A stretch of DNA of 43,869 nucleotides from an uncultured Blautia sp. GTDB lineage: Bacteria > Bacillota > Clostridia > Lachnospirales > Lachnospiraceae. Below, piece by piece: positions 19,158 to 29,190 of this stretch; within the stretch, counting starts at the first letter, position 1; each line of letters opens with the position of its first letter. The notes beneath the pieces are model-generated. The model had not been told where the DNA came from. It saw nothing but the letters and a program-made list of their open reading frames with translations, and did not search any database. The stretch lies in NCBI GenBank assembly GCA_964609645.1, contig CAZSTD010000001.1, forward strand, positions 12,091-55,959, given 5' to 3'. Both the position numbers and the translations under genes were made by a program.

Positions 19158-19919
19158 TCACTTCCTGTTCTTGCAGATTCCGTTGGAATCAAAAATATAC
19201 TTCTTTCCTGTTGAAGTTTTTACCGTACGATTCTTATACATGGATGCAGTTTTCTTATGGAAATAATACCAATTCCCATCCACACGCAGCCATCCGACAT
19301 GTGCACTTCCGTTCTTGTCGATGTAGTAACGTTTTCCTTTATAATCACACCATCCACGATAGCGTCTGCCATCCTGGTCAAAAATGTATCTCTTTCCATT
19401 CGCATCGATCAGCATGATGTTCTTATAGAGAAATCCGGAACGGACGTTAAAATAATACCAGTTTCCATCCTGCTTCATCCAGCCAAGCTGTGCTTTCCCA
19501 TCTTTCTGGAAATAGTAAGTATTTCCTTTGAAATTTCTCCATCCATAGCAGCGTCTGCCGCTTTTATTCACATAATAGATCCCGTCATCAAGTTTCAACA
19601 GTTTATTTCTCTGTCTTACGCCGTTTTGGTAATAGTAATACTGGCCTTTGAATTTTTTCCAACCATTTTTCACCTCTGCTGGTGTTGGGGTTGGGGTTGG
19701 GGTCACTGTATCTTCCGGTACTGGTGTTGGCGTTGGCGTCGGGGTCACTGTATCTTCCGGTACTGGTGTTGGCGTTGGCGTCGGGGTTTCTGGAACTTGA
19801 TCCTCTGTTTGCACTGGCGCATCCTCCGAAGTCCCGTAAACCGCGCTGCTCCCCAAGATCCCCGTGAAGCCGACTGCAAGGGCCAGCAAAAGCCCTGTCC
19901 ATTGTTTTCTCTTTTTCAT
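19158..19919 (-). CDS. Secreted cell-wall-binding-repeat protein with PT-rich linker, no catalytic domain
   Basis: Signal peptide, TP linker, repeated GW..xG.xYY units (GWKKFKGQYYY, GWRNFKGNTYY, GWMKQDGNWYY, GWLRVDGNWYY). Confidence 0.85.
   Translation of the reverse strand: MKKRKQWTGLLLALAVGFTGILGSSAVYGTSEDAPVQTEDQVPETPTPTPTPVPEDTVTPTPTPTPVPEDTVTPTPTPTPAEVKNGWKKFKGQYYYYQNGVRQRNKLLKLDDGIYYVNKSGRRCYGWRNFKGNTYYFQKDGKAQLGWMKQDGNWYYFNVRSGFLYKNIMLIDANGKRYIFDQDGRRYRGWCDYKGKRYYIDKNGSAHVGWLRVDGNWYYFHKKTASMYKNRTVKTSTGKKYIFDSNGICKNRK
19699..19787. repeat. 42-bp exact tandem duplication encoding the PT linker
   Basis: ggggtcactgtatcttccggtactggtgttggcgttggcgtc at 19699-19740 and 19741-19782, plus a 5-nt partial third copy. 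Confidence 0.9.
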
Positions 19920-19944
19920 TTTTCATCCTCCATTCAGAAAGACT

Positions 19945-21525
19945 TTATTTTTTATACTGTCTGATGCAGACTCCTTCCGCATCAAATACAGATACTACAT
20001 TCTTAGAGCTAGTCAGTGTGATGTTCTCCGCACGCGTGCCAGATAATTTCGAAGTTCCATTATAAAAATAATACTTCTTTCCATTGTATGTCAACCATCC
20101 TTTATGTGCCTGCCCATTCTTTTTGAAATAATGAGTATATGTCTTTCCGTCGATCGTCACTTCCTGCATTCCATTCGTATAGCATGCCCCGTCGCTTCCC
20201 ACATAGTAGATCGGTCCTGAGCTTCGGATCACTTTTTTATCTCTGAACATATACGCATATTTCGTGTGGAACCAATAATATTTGCCATCTATTTTTTTCA
20301 GTCCCTTGAGTGCCTTTCCATCTTCGGACAGATAATAGGTTTTTCCATTATACTCTGCCCACTGGGAAACAACACGGGCACCTGTCTCATCCATGTAATA
20401 GTATTCCCCGTCCACTTTGATAGCCCGGTTCTGATACATCACACCCGTTTTCAGATTAAAATAATAAGTCTCCCCGTCAATGGTTCTCCACCCGGTCATC
20501 TTCTTATCATTCACATAGTAATAGGTTTTCCCATCTTCCTCGACCCAGCCATTTTTGACCACAGTTCCGTCTCCATTGATGCTGGTATCAGGGTGAGTGG
20601 ATGCCACGTAATCTGTCGCAGAGTTCCATCTAGGCGTGATCTTTCTGGTGTAATCCACGTATCCGAAATTGATATCCACATCATTTTCTTTCGGGATCCC
20701 TGTAATCAGACCGCTTGTACTGTTCAGACCGATATCTTCATTTCCATCTGTAGACTGCCAGATCGTATAGGAATACAGATCCTTATTCGGTGCCTGGATC
20801 CTGTCTCCGTAGCTGGCGATCCAGACATCCAGCCCAGATAGGAGGCTCCAGTCTATGTAGTTTCTGTACCAGTCCAAGTTGCAGTATACCATCGGATAAT
20901 AGCCAGCCTTGCGTACCTCATTGCAGAATGTCAGTGCCATCATAGAGACTTCCTGCGGGGAAAGGCTCTTTGCCTTTGAATATTCCAGATCAAATACAAC
21001 CGGGTAGGAAACTTTATATCCTTCCATCTTGCTGATCGCAAGCTGCGCCTCTTTCAAGGCTCCCATCGTCGTAGTTGCTGTACTGTACACGTAAGTTCCC
21101 ACCGGTACACCTGCAAGCTCTGCCTGTTCCATGTTGTAATCATAAGTCTTGTCCAGATATCCGCTTCCGTAGGAGATACGCACGAAAGCAAAGTCCACGC
21201 CACAGTTTTTCACGCCGGCCCAGTTGATCTTTCCCTGCCACTCAGAAACGTCGATCCCCCTTGTGATCGCGCCTGGGATCTCCACTCCGCTTCCATTGTA
21301 GCAGACACCGTTTATCTTCTGCCATGCTTTCTTGGAAACTGCCTCCTTTTCCTTCTCCGAAGAAGAACTTCCGGCAGCCCATGCCCATTCTTCCTCCGCC
21401 ACCGTCGAACGTCTATCATAATGCGGATTTGCCATAACTGTTCCTGTCGGCTGTATCATGCAGACTGCCGCTGCTAATATACCGGCCACGACCTTGATCT
21501 TTATACGGATATGTTCTTTTCTCAT
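19945..21525 (-). CDS. GH25 muramidase (lysozyme) with cell-wall-binding repeats
   Basis: Signal peptide; GIDVSEWQG, YPVVFDLE (DxE), WIASY, IWQ, VDIN; C-terminal GW/YY repeats. Confidence 0.9.
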   Translation of the reverse strand: MRKEHIRIKIKVVAGILAAAVCMIQPTGTVMANPHYDRRSTVAEEEWAWAAGSSSSEKEKEAVSKKAWQKINGVCYNGSGVEIPGAITRGIDVSEWQGKINWAGVKNCGVDFAFVRISYGSGYLDKTYDYNMEQAELAGVPVGTYVYSTATTTMGALKEAQLAISKMEGYKVSYPVVFDLEYSKAKSLSPQEVSMMALTFCNEVRKAGYYPMVYCNLDWYRNYIDWSLLSGLDVWIASYGDRIQAPNKDLYSYTIWQSTDGNEDIGLNSTSGLITGIPKENDVDINFGYVDYTRKITPRWNSATDYVASTHPDTSINGDGTVVKNGWVEEDGKTYYYVNDKKMTGWRTIDGETYYFNLKTGVMYQNRAIKVDGEYYYMDETGARVVSQWAEYNGKTYYLSEDGKALKGLKKIDGKYYWFHTKYAYMFRDKKVIRSSGPIYYVGSDGACYTNGMQEVTIDGKTYTHYFKKNGQAHKGWLTYNGKKYYFYNGTSKLSGTRAENITLTSSKNVVSVFDAEGVCIRQYKK

Positions 21526-21630
21526 GTACTCTCCTTGCTTTTTCTGATTATTGTACTTTTTATTTCTTGCGCTTTTTTATTCTTGTGTTTCTTTCCTGTT
21601 TTAACATTTCTCTTTTGTTTTTCTTTTCAC

Positions 21631-21659
21631 ATTATACACAGTTTATCCGCAAAGAGCAA
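21631..21659 (-). promoter_or_regulatory. Sigma-A promoter for the GH25 gene
   Basis: Minus strand TTGCTC-17 nt-TATAAT, with TGTG just upstream of the -10. Confidence 0.6.
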
Positions 21660-21667
21660 GTTAATAT

Positions 21668-21717
21668 AATCATAACGTAACGAAAGCGCCTCGTTTCCGA
21701 GACGCTTTCTTATGATT
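21668..21717 (-). terminator. Stem-loop/terminator after the L,D-transpeptidase gene
   Basis: Minus strand GAAAGCGTCTCG-GAAA-CGAGGCGCTTTC with outer AATCATAA/TTATGATT arms; weak U tract. Confidence 0.6.
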
Positions 21718-24230
21718 CAGATTGCAGGATCTGTCGGGTCAAAGTTTGCAGATCCTCTTAATGGAGTCAGCGGTTTCTTTCCAAGAGGTCCTTTCAGGGC
21801 ATCGTTGTACTGGATCACACCGTCTATGATATTGATCCTTGAACCACTGCAGTTCTCATAAACCCATTTTGCATCTGCAACACATACGCGGATACATCCG
21901 TGGGAAGCTGGCTGTCCCAGCTTATTGTATTCTCCTGCCGGAAGATTGTAGGAGTTTGCCTGGCCACAGGCTACAGAATGGATAAAGATACCTCCCTGTC
22001 CTGCACCCTGCACATGAGTTCCATACTGTCCCCAGGATGGTCCCATCAGCGGCTGCCATCTCAAACTTCTCTGTAAAGTATATTCACCGGTAGGTGTAGG
22101 AGTGCTTGGAAGTCCAACGGACACTCGGATCGTTTTGATCGGGATCGTTTTCGTTCTGTCTGTGTACACAGTCATAATACCATTAAGTCTCTGTACCTCC
22201 AGATAGTATGGTCCATTCGGATACCTGCTTGACACATCACTGATACGGTAACCATTCGCATCAAAGTAATATAATACTCCGTTGATCCACTTACTTGTGT
22301 TTCTTACGAAATCATCTCCATCCGGATCGATATATCGCACAAGGTTCTTAGAATTGCTCACGAGCACCCATCCAGTTGTATATTTACCATTTGCATCCAG
22401 ATATCCATTCACGCCATCCTTCTTCATGAACTGGTTGGTCTGGATCACATAGTTTTTAAGGTAATAGTAATTGCCGTTGTATTTTCTCCAGCCGCTCTCA
22501 TAGAGACTTCCAGAGGAAGATGCAAGGTACCATTTATTCTTATAGCGGACCATCGTGCTCTTATAGAGTGTTCCTTTTCGCACGGACTCCGTAGATACCT
22601 CGTAGATATATTTCTTGCCGTTTCTCTCTACCAGACCACTGGCGAGCTTTCCAGTAGGTGTGAAATAATATCCAGTTGACGTTGTCTTGTTGGTGTAATG
22701 ATTTCCGTTGGAATCAAAATAGAACCATCCTCTGAACTGACCTTTGGAACTATAGATCTTCTGCCAGCCATATTTCTCAGATACTCGTCCGGCTACATTG
22801 CCGAAGTAGTAATAATGATTTCCAACCTTCATCCATTTATTTTTCCAAGCTGCACGCTTGCCGTCACTTCCAAAATAATATCTATAATTTTTGTACTTCA
22901 CCAGTGTATTGGTATAGATCGCACCGTTCTTATCTGTGCCATAGTAAGCACCGTCCTCGGCTTTCTTTACCACACTCTTGAGCAGATATCCGTATTTATC
23001 GATCAGATATTTTCGATCGTTTCTCGGTGCACCAAGCTTCTTCGCCATCACGCCGTGCTCATAATACTTACCGATATTTCCCGGATTCGTCACACCCTGC
23101 TCATAATAGAGCCAGCGCTCTCCCTTAGATCCCTGTACACAGCGCCATCCTTCATGGAACATTCTTCCCGGGATCTCGCTGTCAGGCTCAAAATAATATA
23201 AATCAGAGCTTCCGTTGACTGTAAGAGTAACGTTTCCAGTCTTTGGCTTACCACTTGCATTCAAGCAGTAATATTCTCCATTGATCGCGAAATATCCTGT
23301 ATAAGTACCTGCACTCTGCGCCTGCTTGTTCAATTCCTCAACACTGACGTAAATACCGTTCGCATCATAATATCTGAAAACTCCATCCAGACTGTTCCAG
23401 ATCCAGATGTTCTTCTGCTGCTGACCAACTGTGGAAGTATACGGTGTAACCGCTTCTCCCTCACAGCCCGCATACAGAACCGCCTCATCTGCCTGTGTAA
23501 AATAAAACAGATCTGTCTGTACTGCTTCCGCATCTTCGCTTATCACTGCCGCTGCATCTTTAAGCTCAGACTCACCTGTCACCATCAGGCCGTTCTCATC
23601 AAACAGATAGTAACCTGTGTGATACTCATTTTCATACTCTGTACAGACTTTTAAGATCCCATCTTCCGCTGTATAAAATTCTTCCGCAGGTACTTCCGCT
23701 TCCTGCTCTGTCACAGAAGCGGTCGCTGCTGTCGCATCTTCCTCTAACATCCCTGCGTCCAGTGCATCCTCAGCAAAAAATTCTGCCGCATCTGTCTGAA
23801 CATCTGTTGTCTGTAGCTGTTGTGCGTCGTCTTCTCTGCGCAGCTTAAATCCTTCTTCTGTCTGCACCCAGTCCTCAGCAGTCACACAAACCGCGCCCGA
23901 TGGGTCTTCCATCATCATGTCTGAAGCCGCTGCCGTTGTCTGAAACGCATCATCCTCTGCACCGGAGGAAAAAATATCCTCTGTCAGCTCTGCGTCCATC
24001 TCGTCCAGACCAGCATCTGCTCCCTCTCCTGCCGAGAACAGATTTGTTTCTGAAACATCCTGTGAGGTTTCCATCTGGGTCTCCTCTGGAAGATCCTGTG
24101 ACACTTCTGTCTGCTGTTCTTCGCTCTCCACGCTCAGATCACTGGATACAAATGATGCAGCGCCAGCTTCGCTGACTGTCGCCGTGCACATCACCAGACT
24201 GAGCATAACTGCAACTGATCTTTTCTTCAA
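21717..24230 (-). CDS. L,D-transpeptidase (YkuD family) with acidic N-terminus and cell-wall-binding repeats
   Basis: C-terminal VSVG...TPTG...IFIHS...ASHGCIR (catalytic His/Cys). Signal peptide. TTG start at 24230 after GGAGG. Confidence 0.88.
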   Translation of the reverse strand: MKKRSVAVMLSLVMCTATVSEAGAASFVSSDLSVESEEQQTEVSQDLPEETQMETSQDVSETNLFSAGEGADAGLDEMDAELTEDIFSSGAEDDAFQTTAAASDMMMEDPSGAVCVTAEDWVQTEEGFKLRREDDAQQLQTTDVQTDAAEFFAEDALDAGMLEEDATAATASVTEQEAEVPAEEFYTAEDGILKVCTEYENEYHTGYYLFDENGLMVTGESELKDAAAVISEDAEAVQTDLFYFTQADEAVLYAGCEGEAVTPYTSTVGQQQKNIWIWNSLDGVFRYYDANGIYVSVEELNKQAQSAGTYTGYFAINGEYYCLNASGKPKTGNVTLTVNGSSDLYYFEPDSEIPGRMFHEGWRCVQGSKGERWLYYEQGVTNPGNIGKYYEHGVMAKKLGAPRNDRKYLIDKYGYLLKSVVKKAEDGAYYGTDKNGAIYTNTLVKYKNYRYYFGSDGKRAAWKNKWMKVGNHYYYFGNVAGRVSEKYGWQKIYSSKGQFRGWFYFDSNGNHYTNKTTSTGYYFTPTGKLASGLVERNGKKYIYEVSTESVRKGTLYKSTMVRYKNKWYLASSSGSLYESGWRKYNGNYYYLKNYVIQTNQFMKKDGVNGYLDANGKYTTGWVLVSNSKNLVRYIDPDGDDFVRNTSKWINGVLYYFDANGYRISDVSSRYPNGPYYLEVQRLNGIMTVYTDRTKTIPIKTIRVSVGLPSTPTPTGEYTLQRSLRWQPLMGPSWGQYGTHVQGAGQGGIFIHSVACGQANSYNLPAGEYNKLGQPASHGCIRVCVADAKWVYENCSGSRINIIDGVIQYNDALKGPLGKKPLTPLRGSANFDPTDPAI

Positions 24231-24253
24231 AATACATTCCTCCTTCTGTCGGC

Positions 24254-24517
24254 TCACTCTCCGAGTCCGCTTTCGATCGCTCCCACGAGACTGCTCAGGG
24301 CTTCCTCTTCATCCACCCCTTCGCAGACAAGCTCTATCTCATCTCCGCATCTCACGCAGGCTCCAAGAACACTCAGTACACTCTTTGCATTCGCAGTTCC
24401 TCCGTCATAAACAAATGTAACCAGCGACTGATATTTCATCGCCGTATTACATAAAATCCCTGCAGGTCTGAGATGAAGACCTGTTGGATTTATAACCGTT
24501 ACTCTTTTGCAAATCAT
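24254..24517 (-). CDS. ptsH: HPr family phosphocarrier protein
   Basis: 87 aa; GLHLRPA (His15) and NAKSVLSV (Ser46). Confidence 0.85.
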   Translation of the reverse strand: MICKRVTVINPTGLHLRPAGILCNTAMKYQSLVTFVYDGGTANAKSVLSVLGACVRCGDEIELVCEGVDEEEALSSLVGAIESGLGE

Positions 24518-24528
24518 TTTTACACCTC

Positions 24529-25842
24529 TTATCCCTTGCTGTCATCCGTCACAGTCCCTGAGGAAATGACCACTTCTGTATAAACATCCTCCACTGTCTC
24601 ATATCCATCTGGAAGACTGATCTTTACAGGAACTTCATAACTTCCTTCTTTTTTCTCTTTCAGATCGATGGACGCCTTGATATCCTTACTGATATCCAGA
24701 TCATCTAAATCCTCTGCCCCTGATCGGATACGGATCGCGATCTGTGCCGTCTCAAATGTGACCTGCAGATCCTCCGGTTTATTCTGCACCACCACGTCCT
24801 TCGTAAGCAGGTTAAATTCTCTGCTGCCCTCTGGAAGGATGCTGACTGTCACCCATACATCTTCGCTGGAGTCACTTGTCAGTTTCACATTATCCGGGAG
24901 CAGATCCTTAAGATTGATCTTGGTCTCCACATCCGAAGATTCGCCTGAAATATCGATGCTTTCCGGCGGTATCGTGATCACATTGTTGTTCTGCGTAAGA
25001 CTCTCGAGACCGTCCGTGCTTCCCGCTACACTGATCGTATCCGGTACGGTCTTAACCATTCCAGCCTGATAACCAGTGGCCGGTGTTCCCACATAACCTG
25101 CAGAGATCTTCACACCCTGACGGATCTTCCAGAGCCGTGTCGTTACAACCACCTTCGCATTATTCTCAATGCGCAGGGAATTCATCTCCGAATCAGAAAG
25201 CGCTTCCTGGTTCTTGTCTATGATCGTAAGGGTTACATCCTGGGTAAAATCCTGAGTATTGCCATTCAGTTCAATTGTTGCATTTACCTTATCTATTTTA
25301 TTTACCAGACTCTTAGGGCCTGTAATCCTTACTTTCTCCGGATTCGCAGTCAGACTTCCAACCTCATAGTCTTTACTCGGCTTGGTGTCTCCTCTAGTGA
25401 CATTGACCACAAATTCCTGTGTTTCTTTCTCATCCAGATTTACGCTGAGATTCTGAGGTGTCACCTTGATATCCCCAGCACCGATCCCGGAAACAGAGCA
25501 GGTGACTGTGATCGGCACCATCACAGGATTTGTATCCAGACTCACTGCCTGCTGCAGATCTGCCACCGCACTGATATCTGAAACCCTGATCCTATCTCGG
25601 ACCTTCTTCGTGGCGGTGATCGCCACCCTTATCGTATCCTGGTCCTCCTCAGGCATACACATCTTTCCGATCGTGTCTGAAGATTCTACATATTCCTTAT
25701 TGATCAGTTCCACATTTGTGATCGTATAATAATTCGTTCCGATCGGATCATCAATATTTACAACGATCAGCCATACTACAAAAGCGATTGCGACAGAGAT
25801 GATCTTCAATGGGATACTATCTGTTATTTTTCTCTTCCCCAT
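24529..25842 (-). CDS. cdaR: CdaR/YbbR-domain regulator of diadenylate cyclase
   Basis: N-terminal TM (LKIISVAIAFVVWLIV), repeated YbbR-like P..V.ITGP/VAG units; overlaps the cdaA 3' end. Confidence 0.85.
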   Translation of the reverse strand: MGKRKITDSIPLKIISVAIAFVVWLIVVNIDDPIGTNYYTITNVELINKEYVESSDTIGKMCMPEEDQDTIRVAITATKKVRDRIRVSDISAVADLQQAVSLDTNPVMVPITVTCSVSGIGAGDIKVTPQNLSVNLDEKETQEFVVNVTRGDTKPSKDYEVGSLTANPEKVRITGPKSLVNKIDKVNATIELNGNTQDFTQDVTLTIIDKNQEALSDSEMNSLRIENNAKVVVTTRLWKIRQGVKISAGYVGTPATGYQAGMVKTVPDTISVAGSTDGLESLTQNNNVITIPPESIDISGESSDVETKINLKDLLPDNVKLTSDSSEDVWVTVSILPEGSREFNLLTKDVVVQNKPEDLQVTFETAQIAIRIRSGAEDLDDLDISKDIKASIDLKEKKEGSYEVPVKISLPDGYETVEDVYTEVVISSGTVTDDSKG

Positions 25843-26707
25843 GCTTCGATCTTCCTTTCAGTAATTGCCGGATTTTGCTGTTATCTACAATCTGTTTATT
25901 CTGTGCTTTCACCAGGATCTCCCGCAGTTTTGCACTGCTGACTCCACGGATCAGCTTTCCATTCTGTGCTACCGACACCTGCCCAGTTTCTTCTGAGACA
26001 ATGATCGTCACAGAATCTGTCTGTTCGCTGATCCCCACACCCGCTCTGTGACGTGTACCAAGCTGCTTGCTCAGTTCCATGTTATCAGACAGCGGAAGGT
26101 AGCAGGTCGCAGCTACGATACGGTTTTCTCTCACAATGACTGCTCCATCATGAAGCGGTGTATTATGTTCAAAAATATTGATCAGAAGCTGGCTTGTCAA
26201 GATCGCATCCACATTGATCCCTGTGCGGATATAATCGTTGAGCAGTTCATTCTGCTCGATCACGATCAATGCCCCCGTCTTCACCTCGCCCATATCAAAG
26301 CAGGCTTTGACCAGCTCACTGATCGTTTTATCTGTAAATCTTTCTTTTACCTCTTTTCCGGCATCAAACGGTATGAGTGCACTCATGATCTTTTTTTGAC
26401 CAAGCTGCTCCAATACTTTACGAAGCTCCGGCTGAAAGATGATGATCACTCCTACGATCAGCGTACTCGCTAAATTTGAAAAGATCCACAAAATCGTGTT
26501 CATTTTAAAGATGTACGCGATCAAAATAAATAGGAGAACCACCAGTATGCCCTTCAGCAATGTATAGGCGTGGGTATATTTGATCCACACCATAAACTGA
26601 TAGATAAAGAAGGCGATCAGCGCGATCTGTATGATGTCAATAACGCCAATTTTCGGGAATGACAACCTGGACCATGCTTCTATCAGCTTTCCGGCAATAT
26701 CCTGCAT
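25817..26707 (-). CDS. cdaA: Diadenylate cyclase CdaA
   Basis: Three N-terminal TMs, FQPELR, GALIVIE, TPLHDGA, GTRHRA, VSEETG. Confidence 0.95.
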   Translation of the reverse strand: MQDIAGKLIEAWSRLSFPKIGVIDIIQIALIAFFIYQFMVWIKYTHAYTLLKGILVVLLFILIAYIFKMNTILWIFSNLASTLIVGVIIIFQPELRKVLEQLGQKKIMSALIPFDAGKEVKERFTDKTISELVKACFDMGEVKTGALIVIEQNELLNDYIRTGINVDAILTSQLLINIFEHNTPLHDGAVIVRENRIVAATCYLPLSDNMELSKQLGTRHRAGVGISEQTDSVTIIVSEETGQVSVAQNGKLIRGVSSAKLREILVKAQNKQIVDNSKIRQLLKGRSKHGEEKNNR

Positions 26708-26768
26708 AATGTTCTCCTTTCTTTCAGGTCTTTATGAACAAGATCCCCTGTTCACATATGCTTAAATT

Positions 26769-27866
26769 TTATAAATCTTTTAAAGATTCTTCTAATTTTT
26801 TCTCAAAATCAATATCTTCCATCTCCTCTGTCTGTACGACTGGAGCTGCTTCCTCCTGCAGTTTCGCAGGATCCTCATCCCCGTGGAAGATCGGGTTTGC
26901 ATAGGAAACCACACTGTCCTGTATATGCTTCTCTTCCTTCGCCGGTTCCGCGTTGATCTTCTTAATGCTTCTCTCTGATGTTGCGACTGTCGCTTTCGGA
27001 ACAGCTTTTACATAGTAATAATACTCGTCATCTTCATATTCCAGTCGCTCTGTGCGGGTGTAATCCCCTCCGAACACGAAAAATTCCAGTAGCAGACCGA
27101 TCACTACGGAGATCGCCGTATAGACTAACAGGCCAACCATATCTATCGTCACTTCGAATACAAAATCGCCGGCAATTATGATCAGGGCATAAACCACACC
27201 GCCTACCACGATAGCGATCCGCCACGCATAGTCAAAGGAACGTGTACGGATAAGGTTCACCAGAAGGATCACTGCGATGAATGCGATAACCGTGATCCAC
27301 ATACCCCAGTTCTGTGCAACTCCATCTGCCAGAAGTTTCAGCTTATCTGTCATCAGCACGTCTGCATTCTGCAGGATCTGATGCTGTACTCTCAAGAATC
27401 GGATGAAATAATAAAGGATCACTCCACATCCTGCCGGCAGCGCAGACACTGCACTGCTGAGAAGTCCGCTTCCGATCGGAAGAAGTGTCGGAACACTAAA
27501 TCCAAAGGAAAGAGGTGCAAACACCAGCACCAGATTCGTTCCGGCACTAAAGCGCAGGAAAAGGATCACCATAAATAAGATCAGTACAAAAAGAAATCCT
27601 GCGACCTCGATCCCCAACGCATATCCGTGTGCGATCATCAGGACAAATCCCACAAAGATCATCACTGCGGAAGGCAGGATCGAGCAGATCAGTGCCAGGA
27701 TCACTACGACAAATATATTGTTGAGCTGAGTCATATATCCCATATTTGCGTTGATCCAGAAGAAATACACCATCGCAAGGACAAAGCGCAGTACCGGCAG
27801 GATATAAATCTCATACTGACTGTATAAATTCTTTATCTTTTGTTTCAATTCAAGTAATGCTGTCAT
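26769..27866 (-). CDS. Hypothetical polytopic membrane protein
   Basis: 365-aa ORF with many TMs; EDDEYYYYVKAVPK motif near the C-terminus; ATGA overlap with the upstream gene. Confidence 0.75.
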   Translation of the reverse strand: MTALLELKQKIKNLYSQYEIYILPVLRFVLAMVYFFWINANMGYMTQLNNIFVVVILALICSILPSAVMIFVGFVLMIAHGYALGIEVAGFLFVLILFMVILFLRFSAGTNLVLVFAPLSFGFSVPTLLPIGSGLLSSAVSALPAGCGVILYYFIRFLRVQHQILQNADVLMTDKLKLLADGVAQNWGMWITVIAFIAVILLVNLIRTRSFDYAWRIAIVVGGVVYALIIIAGDFVFEVTIDMVGLLVYTAISVVIGLLLEFFVFGGDYTRTERLEYEDDEYYYYVKAVPKATVATSERSIKKINAEPAKEEKHIQDSVVSYANPIFHGDEDPAKLQEEAAPVVQTEEMEDIDFEKKLEESLKDL

Positions 27867-28297
27867 TTTTTATATCCTCCTGCTGCACCTCTGACCGAGG
27901 TTTTCTTCTCCTCACGTCCATAAATCCTGTTCAGGCGCGTGAGATCTTCGTAATAATTCTTCACACTCTTTTTGGCGCGATAATATTTCACAGAATACTG
28001 AATATAAGTCAGGATCGAAAATATCACCAACACCGCAAGATATCCGGCAACAACTCCGATTCCCAGAGCCACCAGATCCATCTTATGGATATTCTCCATG
28101 AGATATTCGCCAAAGTATGCCGCAACGCCTGCCAAAGCCAGGCAATAGCCGATCGTTACGAGAAAAAAGTTCTTGATCATCGCAAGTCCTATGTAATCAC
28201 TTCGATAATACCTGCTGACCGGAAGGTACTTTTTCCCCTCACCTTTCTCATACATGGCGAGTTTATTCATGACTTTTATCTTCTCCTCGTTTAACAT
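27863..28297 (-). CDS. Hypothetical two-TM membrane protein
   Basis: ATG 28297 (MLNEEKIK) with AAGGAG RBS; two hydrophobic segments. Confidence 0.7.
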   Translation of the reverse strand: MLNEEKIKVMNKLAMYEKGEGKKYLPVSRYYRSDYIGLAMIKNFFLVTIGYCLALAGVAAYFGEYLMENIHKMDLVALGIGVVAGYLAVLVIFSILTYIQYSVKYYRAKKSVKNYYEDLTRLNRIYGREEKKTSVRGAAGGYKK

Positions 28298-28427
28298 AAA
28301 TAACTCCTTACTGCTTGATTGACAGTGTGCCCGCGGCAGATAAATTGCCAGATTGCGCACACCGATACATGAATGGTCATATAAATTGATTGTAACATAC
28401 ATCATTATTTATGGAAAGCACTTTTTC

Positions 28428-29141
28428 TTATCTTCTACCCGTGCAAACCGTGAGAAAATAAACCTTTTTCGCGCCTTTTTTCTTCAGGCAGACCGCCATC
28501 GCATCCGCAGTACTGCCCGTCGTATAGACATCATCGACCACCAGGATCGTTTTGCCCGTCACCTGTCTTTTTACAAAAAAAGCATCCTCCAGATTCTTTC
28601 TCCTCTGCACAGCACTGAGTTTCTTCTGCGATCTGGTTTTGTGGATCTTTTCGACCAAGTGCAGATCTGCCGGGATCTGTGTGTAGCGGCTCAGCCTCTC
28701 TGCGAGATATGCTGACTGGTTAAAGCCTCGCATCCGAAGTTTCGCTCTGTCCATAGGGACCGGCACGATCAGATCCGGAGACCATCTGCGCAGCTCCTCT
28801 TTCGCATACACATACAGCGCTTTTGCAAAAAAATCTCCGTACTCTCTGCACCCGTAATACTTATATCGGGTGACAGATCTGCGCATCCGGTTATCATAGA
28901 CAAAGATCCCACGTCCCTGCTCAAAATGATGCGTATGCGTGATACAATCTGTACAGTATTCTCCCTCCTCTACAGGTTTCCCGCACCGATAACATCTCGG
29001 ATGTGTGATCGGGCGCAGTTGTTTTTCACAGTCCGGACAGATCATACGGTCTTGATCTTTCAGTACTTTCTGACATATCGGACAGCATCTTGGGTAAAAA
29101 ATATTCAGGATATTTTGGATCAGATTTTTCAGTCTTTTCAC
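28428..29141 (-). CDS. comF: ComF family protein (double zinc ribbon + phosphoribosyltransferase)
   Basis: CPIC, CPDC, CYRC, CTDC; VPVP, RGFNQS, LVVDDVYTTGST. Confidence 0.9.
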   Translation of the reverse strand: MKRLKNLIQNILNIFYPRCCPICQKVLKDQDRMICPDCEKQLRPITHPRCYRCGKPVEEGEYCTDCITHTHHFEQGRGIFVYDNRMRRSVTRYKYYGCREYGDFFAKALYVYAKEELRRWSPDLIVPVPMDRAKLRMRGFNQSAYLAERLSRYTQIPADLHLVEKIHKTRSQKKLSAVQRRKNLEDAFFVKRQVTGKTILVVDDVYTTGSTADAMAVCLKKKGAKKVYFLTVCTGRR

Positions 29142-29190
29142 AATCCCCCCTATCGCTATAGCTGTGTGTTTTGTTTGTCATTTTTATTTA

